The notes under the pieces were generated by a model. That model did no database searches. It saw nothing but the letters and a program-made list of their open reading frames with translations, and was not told the origin of the DNA. Position numbers and translations under genes: made by a program. From Bdellovibrionales bacterium (lineage in GTDB: Bacteria > Bdellovibrionota > Bdellovibrionia > Bdellovibrionales > UBA1609), in NCBI GenBank assembly GCA_965200875.1, contig OZ241456.1, positions 320,001 through 384,000 on the forward strand: a stretch of 64,000 bases of DNA, in the 5' to 3' direction. Below, piece after piece: positions 60,959 through 64,000 of the stretch (position 1 is the first letter of the stretch; each line of letters opens with the position of its first letter).

Positions 60959-61068
60959 AAATCCTCCGTATTATGTATAATATATACCATATCCTCTTTT
61001 TTTCATTAGTCAATTTTTTTACAGTCAAAGAGTCTGGTCAAGTCCGAAAACCTTTTAATAAACGATCT

Positions 61069-62538
61069 TTAGGGGAACATACCTCTGTTTTTTATTTGAG
61101 CAAAAGGTATCAAACTTAACTCTTTGGCTTGTTCAATATGTTGTGCTTTTATTTCTTCATCTTCATTCAAGTCTGCCAAAGTACGAGCCACTTTAAGAAC
61201 CGCTTTCTTTCTTCTTTTGGAAGACACACCAGAGGAAATTTGTGTTTCTCTTAAAAAGGAGCTGAGAGATGACTCCAGTTCCTGAATGGATAAACGAGCG
61301 TTCACTTTCTCTTGTTTTCTTTTCTTACGAAATGTGTGCGCTTTCATTACTTTTTTATGGATATCTTCAAGATGTACGGAAAGCGGGCCTTTTTTCCATT
61401 GGGTGGAAAAAGCCAGAATGTCAAAACGATCCAACATAGGGCCATTCAGCCTGTCCATAACAGAAAAGCACCTCCTGAGGGAATAAGAGCATTGAGTGGA
61501 TTTTCCCGGAACCAGATCCCCACAAGGGCAAAGGTTTGTTGCAGCCACTAATAAAAACCTGGCTGGAAACTTTTCACTTTGGCCCCGGCGGGAAATACAA
61601 ATTTCTCCTTTTTCCATTGGCTCTCTAAGAGCTTCTTGCACTCTTGGATGAAACTCCAAATATTCATCCATAAACAAAATACCACCATGTGCTTTTGTAA
61701 TTTCTCCAAAAAATACAGGATAGCCTCCCCCTATCATGGAAAGCGCGGTGATACTGTGATGAGGATTTACAAAAGGTCGCCATGTCAAAGACTCTCCTGT
61801 GTGGGACCAAATTTGCCGTGATTTTTGAAATTCGGATAAAGAAGGAGGAGGCAATAAATAAGGTAAATGCTCGGATAATGTGCTTTTACCGGAACCTGCT
61901 TCGCCGGCCAACAGTAAAGGGTGCTCACCCACAGCTGTAATCGTCAAAATAAAAGCCGATTGTTCGGAAAAACAAATATCGGGAATAGAGGGTTTTTGCA
62001 AAAGCTCTGTTAAAGGTTTTGCAGGCATAAAAGTTGGTTTTTCCAAATCCCTTAAAGAGCTTACCTGAAACAAAGGACAAAGATAATTTTCTTTTTCTAT
62101 TATCCCTGTCAATATCCCTTCTTTTCGTGAGGGCAGACTTTCCCAGTCATCCGGTGCAGATACAGTTCCATCCAGTGACAACTCTCCATAGATATAGAAA
62201 GGAGAAGATATCTCAGCAGGAGGTGGTATCTGCTTTGTTTTCCAAAGCAACGCGCAGGCAATAGCCAGCTCCAACCCTTGTGAGCTTTTCTTCAAGTGAG
62301 CAGGTCTGAGATTAATAATCATCTGTCTTGTATTAGGCCATTCAAACCCTTGAGCGCGAACAGCGGATTTAATCCGCATAACACTTTCCTTAATGGCCAT
62401 ATCCGGCAGACCCGTAAACTGAACCTGTGGCAAACCTGGAATCAAACTGAGCTGTACCTCTACAGGAATAATTTTATTTCCATCTTGTGTAAAAGAAAAA
62501 ATATTCATACCCAATATATTTGCAAGACCGGATTGCAC
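61069..62538 (-). CDS. comM: YifB/ComM Mg-chelatase-like AAA ATPase
   Basis: GLPDMAIKES, PHHS, AHGGILFMDE, NLCPCG and GPMLDRFD motifs. Confidence 0.88.
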   Translation of the reverse strand: MQSGLANILGMNIFSFTQDGNKIIPVEVQLSLIPGLPQVQFTGLPDMAIKESVMRIKSAVRAQGFEWPNTRQMIINLRPAHLKKSSQGLELAIACALLWKTKQIPPPAEISSPFYIYGELSLDGTVSAPDDWESLPSRKEGILTGIIEKENYLCPLFQVSSLRDLEKPTFMPAKPLTELLQKPSIPDICFSEQSAFILTITAVGEHPLLLAGEAGSGKSTLSEHLPYLLPPPSLSEFQKSRQIWSHTGESLTWRPFVNPHHSITALSMIGGGYPVFFGEITKAHGGILFMDEYLEFHPRVQEALREPMEKGEICISRRGQSEKFPARFLLVAATNLCPCGDLVPGKSTQCSYSLRRCFSVMDRLNGPMLDRFDILAFSTQWKKGPLSVHLEDIHKKVMKAHTFRKKRKQEKVNARLSIQELESSLSSFLRETQISSGVSSKRRKKAVLKVARTLADLNEDEEIKAQHIEQAKELSLIPFAQIKNRGMFP

Positions 62539-62718
62539 GAAAAAATAAAGAAAAATGGAGTTTTGAGAAGGTAAAAATTCGAAATCCGAATATTATCCGA
62601 AATCCGAATTTTTTGACGCATAGTGTTCATTCCCGTAAAAAGCTAGATAATCTTCATATAAAAATCTTAAGATGTGTAATTATATAAAGATCATATCGAT
62701 TTTACAGGCACTTAAAAA

Positions 62719-64000
62719 ATGAAACAAAAAATTAAAAAATTTTTTGAAATAGAAAAAAACCAAAGCTCTCTTCGGCAGGAAGTGTTGGCTGGGATTACCA
62801 CTTTTTTGAGTATGGCTTATATTGTCAGTGTACATCCACAGATCATCAGCCAAACCGGTATGCCTTTTTCCGCCTGCGTGACAGCCACTATTTTGGTTTG
62901 TTTCTTTAGCTCTGTGGCTATGGGAGTTTATGCCAATAACCCCATTGTATTAGGCCCCAGTTTGAGCCTCAGCAGTTTTTTTACATTCACTCTGGTAAAA
63001 AGCCAAGGTGTTCCATATACTATAGCTTTGGGTGCCACCTTTTGGGTGGGTATTATCTTCTTTATCCTATCTCTTTTTAAAATCCGGGAGAAGTTAGTTC
63101 TCTCTGTGCCTCATTCCATTAAAAATGCTCTTATTTGCGGTATTGGATTCTTTATTGCCTTCATAGGTTTGAAAGAAGGCCAGCTGATTGTTCACTCAGA
63201 TGAAACCTTTTTAAAAGCAAAATCTCTTACGATAGAAAACGGAATATTTTTAGTGGGTCTGGCTTTCACCTTTCTTATGTTGGTTTTAAAAATCAAAAAC
63301 GCTTTATTGTTTTCCATCCCTGTTGTCACTTTTTTATGTGTTCCCGTAGGACGGCTATGGGGGGAGGAAACCATTGTAAACTACAGTGGCTTGTTCTCTT
63401 GGCCTGATTGGAGTCTTTTTTCACGAATGGATTTATTGGGTTCTTTACAATATTCCTTTTGGCCGGTTTTGTTTTCCATCGCCTTCGTGGATTTATTTGA
63501 AAGTCTTGGTGGTGTACTGGGAATAGCTAAGTCTGGTCCTTTAACTTCAGAAAACAGTTCTCGTCCTCGCTATTTAAGAAAAAGCCTTTTAATAGATGCC
63601 ACAGCTACTTCTTGGGCAGGACTGGCTGGTTCCAGTTCTGTTGTGTGTTTCCTAGAATCCATAACCGGTATTCGTGCTGGTGGAAAAACAGGCTTAACAG
63701 CAATTACAACAGCTCTTTTGTTTCTTCCCTTTTTGTTTCTTTCTCCCCTGCTTTCCATGATTCCTCATATTGCCACAGCTCCCATTTTGGTGGCACTGGG
63801 TTCTTACATGATAAAATCCGTCGTGGATATAGAATGGGATAACCCCGAAGAGGCTTTGCCAGCTTTTTTGATCATTATACTTATTCCGTTATGTTTTTCC
63901 ATCGTTCAGGGTATTATCTATGGATTTTTATTTTACACTTTTTTGAAAATAGCCTTGGGAAAAGGCCGATTGCTTTCTCCTTATATGTATTGCTTAACTA
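62719..64000 (+). CDS. NCS2/AzgA-family nucleobase permease (runs off the window end)
   Basis: Manual translation: MKQKIKKFFEI...EVLAGITTFLSMAYIVSVHPQII...ESITGIRAGGKTGLTA. Confidence 0.88.
   Translation, partial: MKQKIKKFFEIEKNQSSLRQEVLAGITTFLSMAYIVSVHPQIISQTGMPFSACVTATILVCFFSSVAMGVYANNPIVLGPSLSLSSFFTFTLVKSQGVPYTIALGATFWVGIIFFILSLFKIREKLVLSVPHSIKNALICGIGFFIAFIGLKEGQLIVHSDETFLKAKSLTIENGIFLVGLAFTFLMLVLKIKNALLFSIPVVTFLCVPVGRLWGEETIVNYSGLFSWPDWSLFSRMDLLGSLQYSFWPVLFSIAFVDLFESLGGVLGIAKSGPLTSENSSRPRYLRKSLLIDATATSWAGLAGSSSVVCFLESITGIRAGGKTGLTAITTALLFLPFLFLSPLLSMIPHIATAPILVALGSYMIKSVVDIEWDNPEEALPAFLIIILIPLCFSIVQGIIYGFLFYTFLKIALGKGRLLSPYMYCLT

Noticed and set aside
62620..62718. Purine riboswitch upstream of the NCS2 permease
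   Set aside because: The conserved aptamer core and three-stem pairing could not be identified.

Overview
A 64-kb AT-rich bacterial chromosome segment. Gene content points to a Bdellovibrionota-like organism (inference): sigma28-type promoters on secreted-protein genes, prepilin-capped Cys-rich proteins and an SLT lytic transglycosylase. The left end (0.4-11 kb) is a defence island. It holds a four-gene type I-like Zorya operon (zorABCD) whose ZorD SNF2 helicase ends in an HNH nuclease rather than the Mrr-like domain described for type I ZorD. It also holds a convergent small-ORF plus papain/C39-like peptidase pair split at an A9 tract, and an AAA_14/DUF4143-type ATPase. The 20-36 kb region is an accessory envelope/secreted-protein cluster: an SLT enzyme, a secreted 857-aa protein with a RelE-like C-terminus, three paralogous Cys-rich lipoproteins, two prepilin-like Cys-repeat proteins and two coiled-coil VNTR genes. 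The rest is mostly housekeeping: gcvH, scpB, trhO, the pst/pho operon, pdxJ, aroB, uvrB, prc, topA, infA, metG, rpoN, comM, an NCS2 permease and two tRNAs. A family of short dispersed elements ending in TTwTTCA-N6-ASTA sits repeatedly at the borders of accessory genes. No CRISPR array, intact transposase or rRNA was seen. All product calls come from motif recognition, not database searches.
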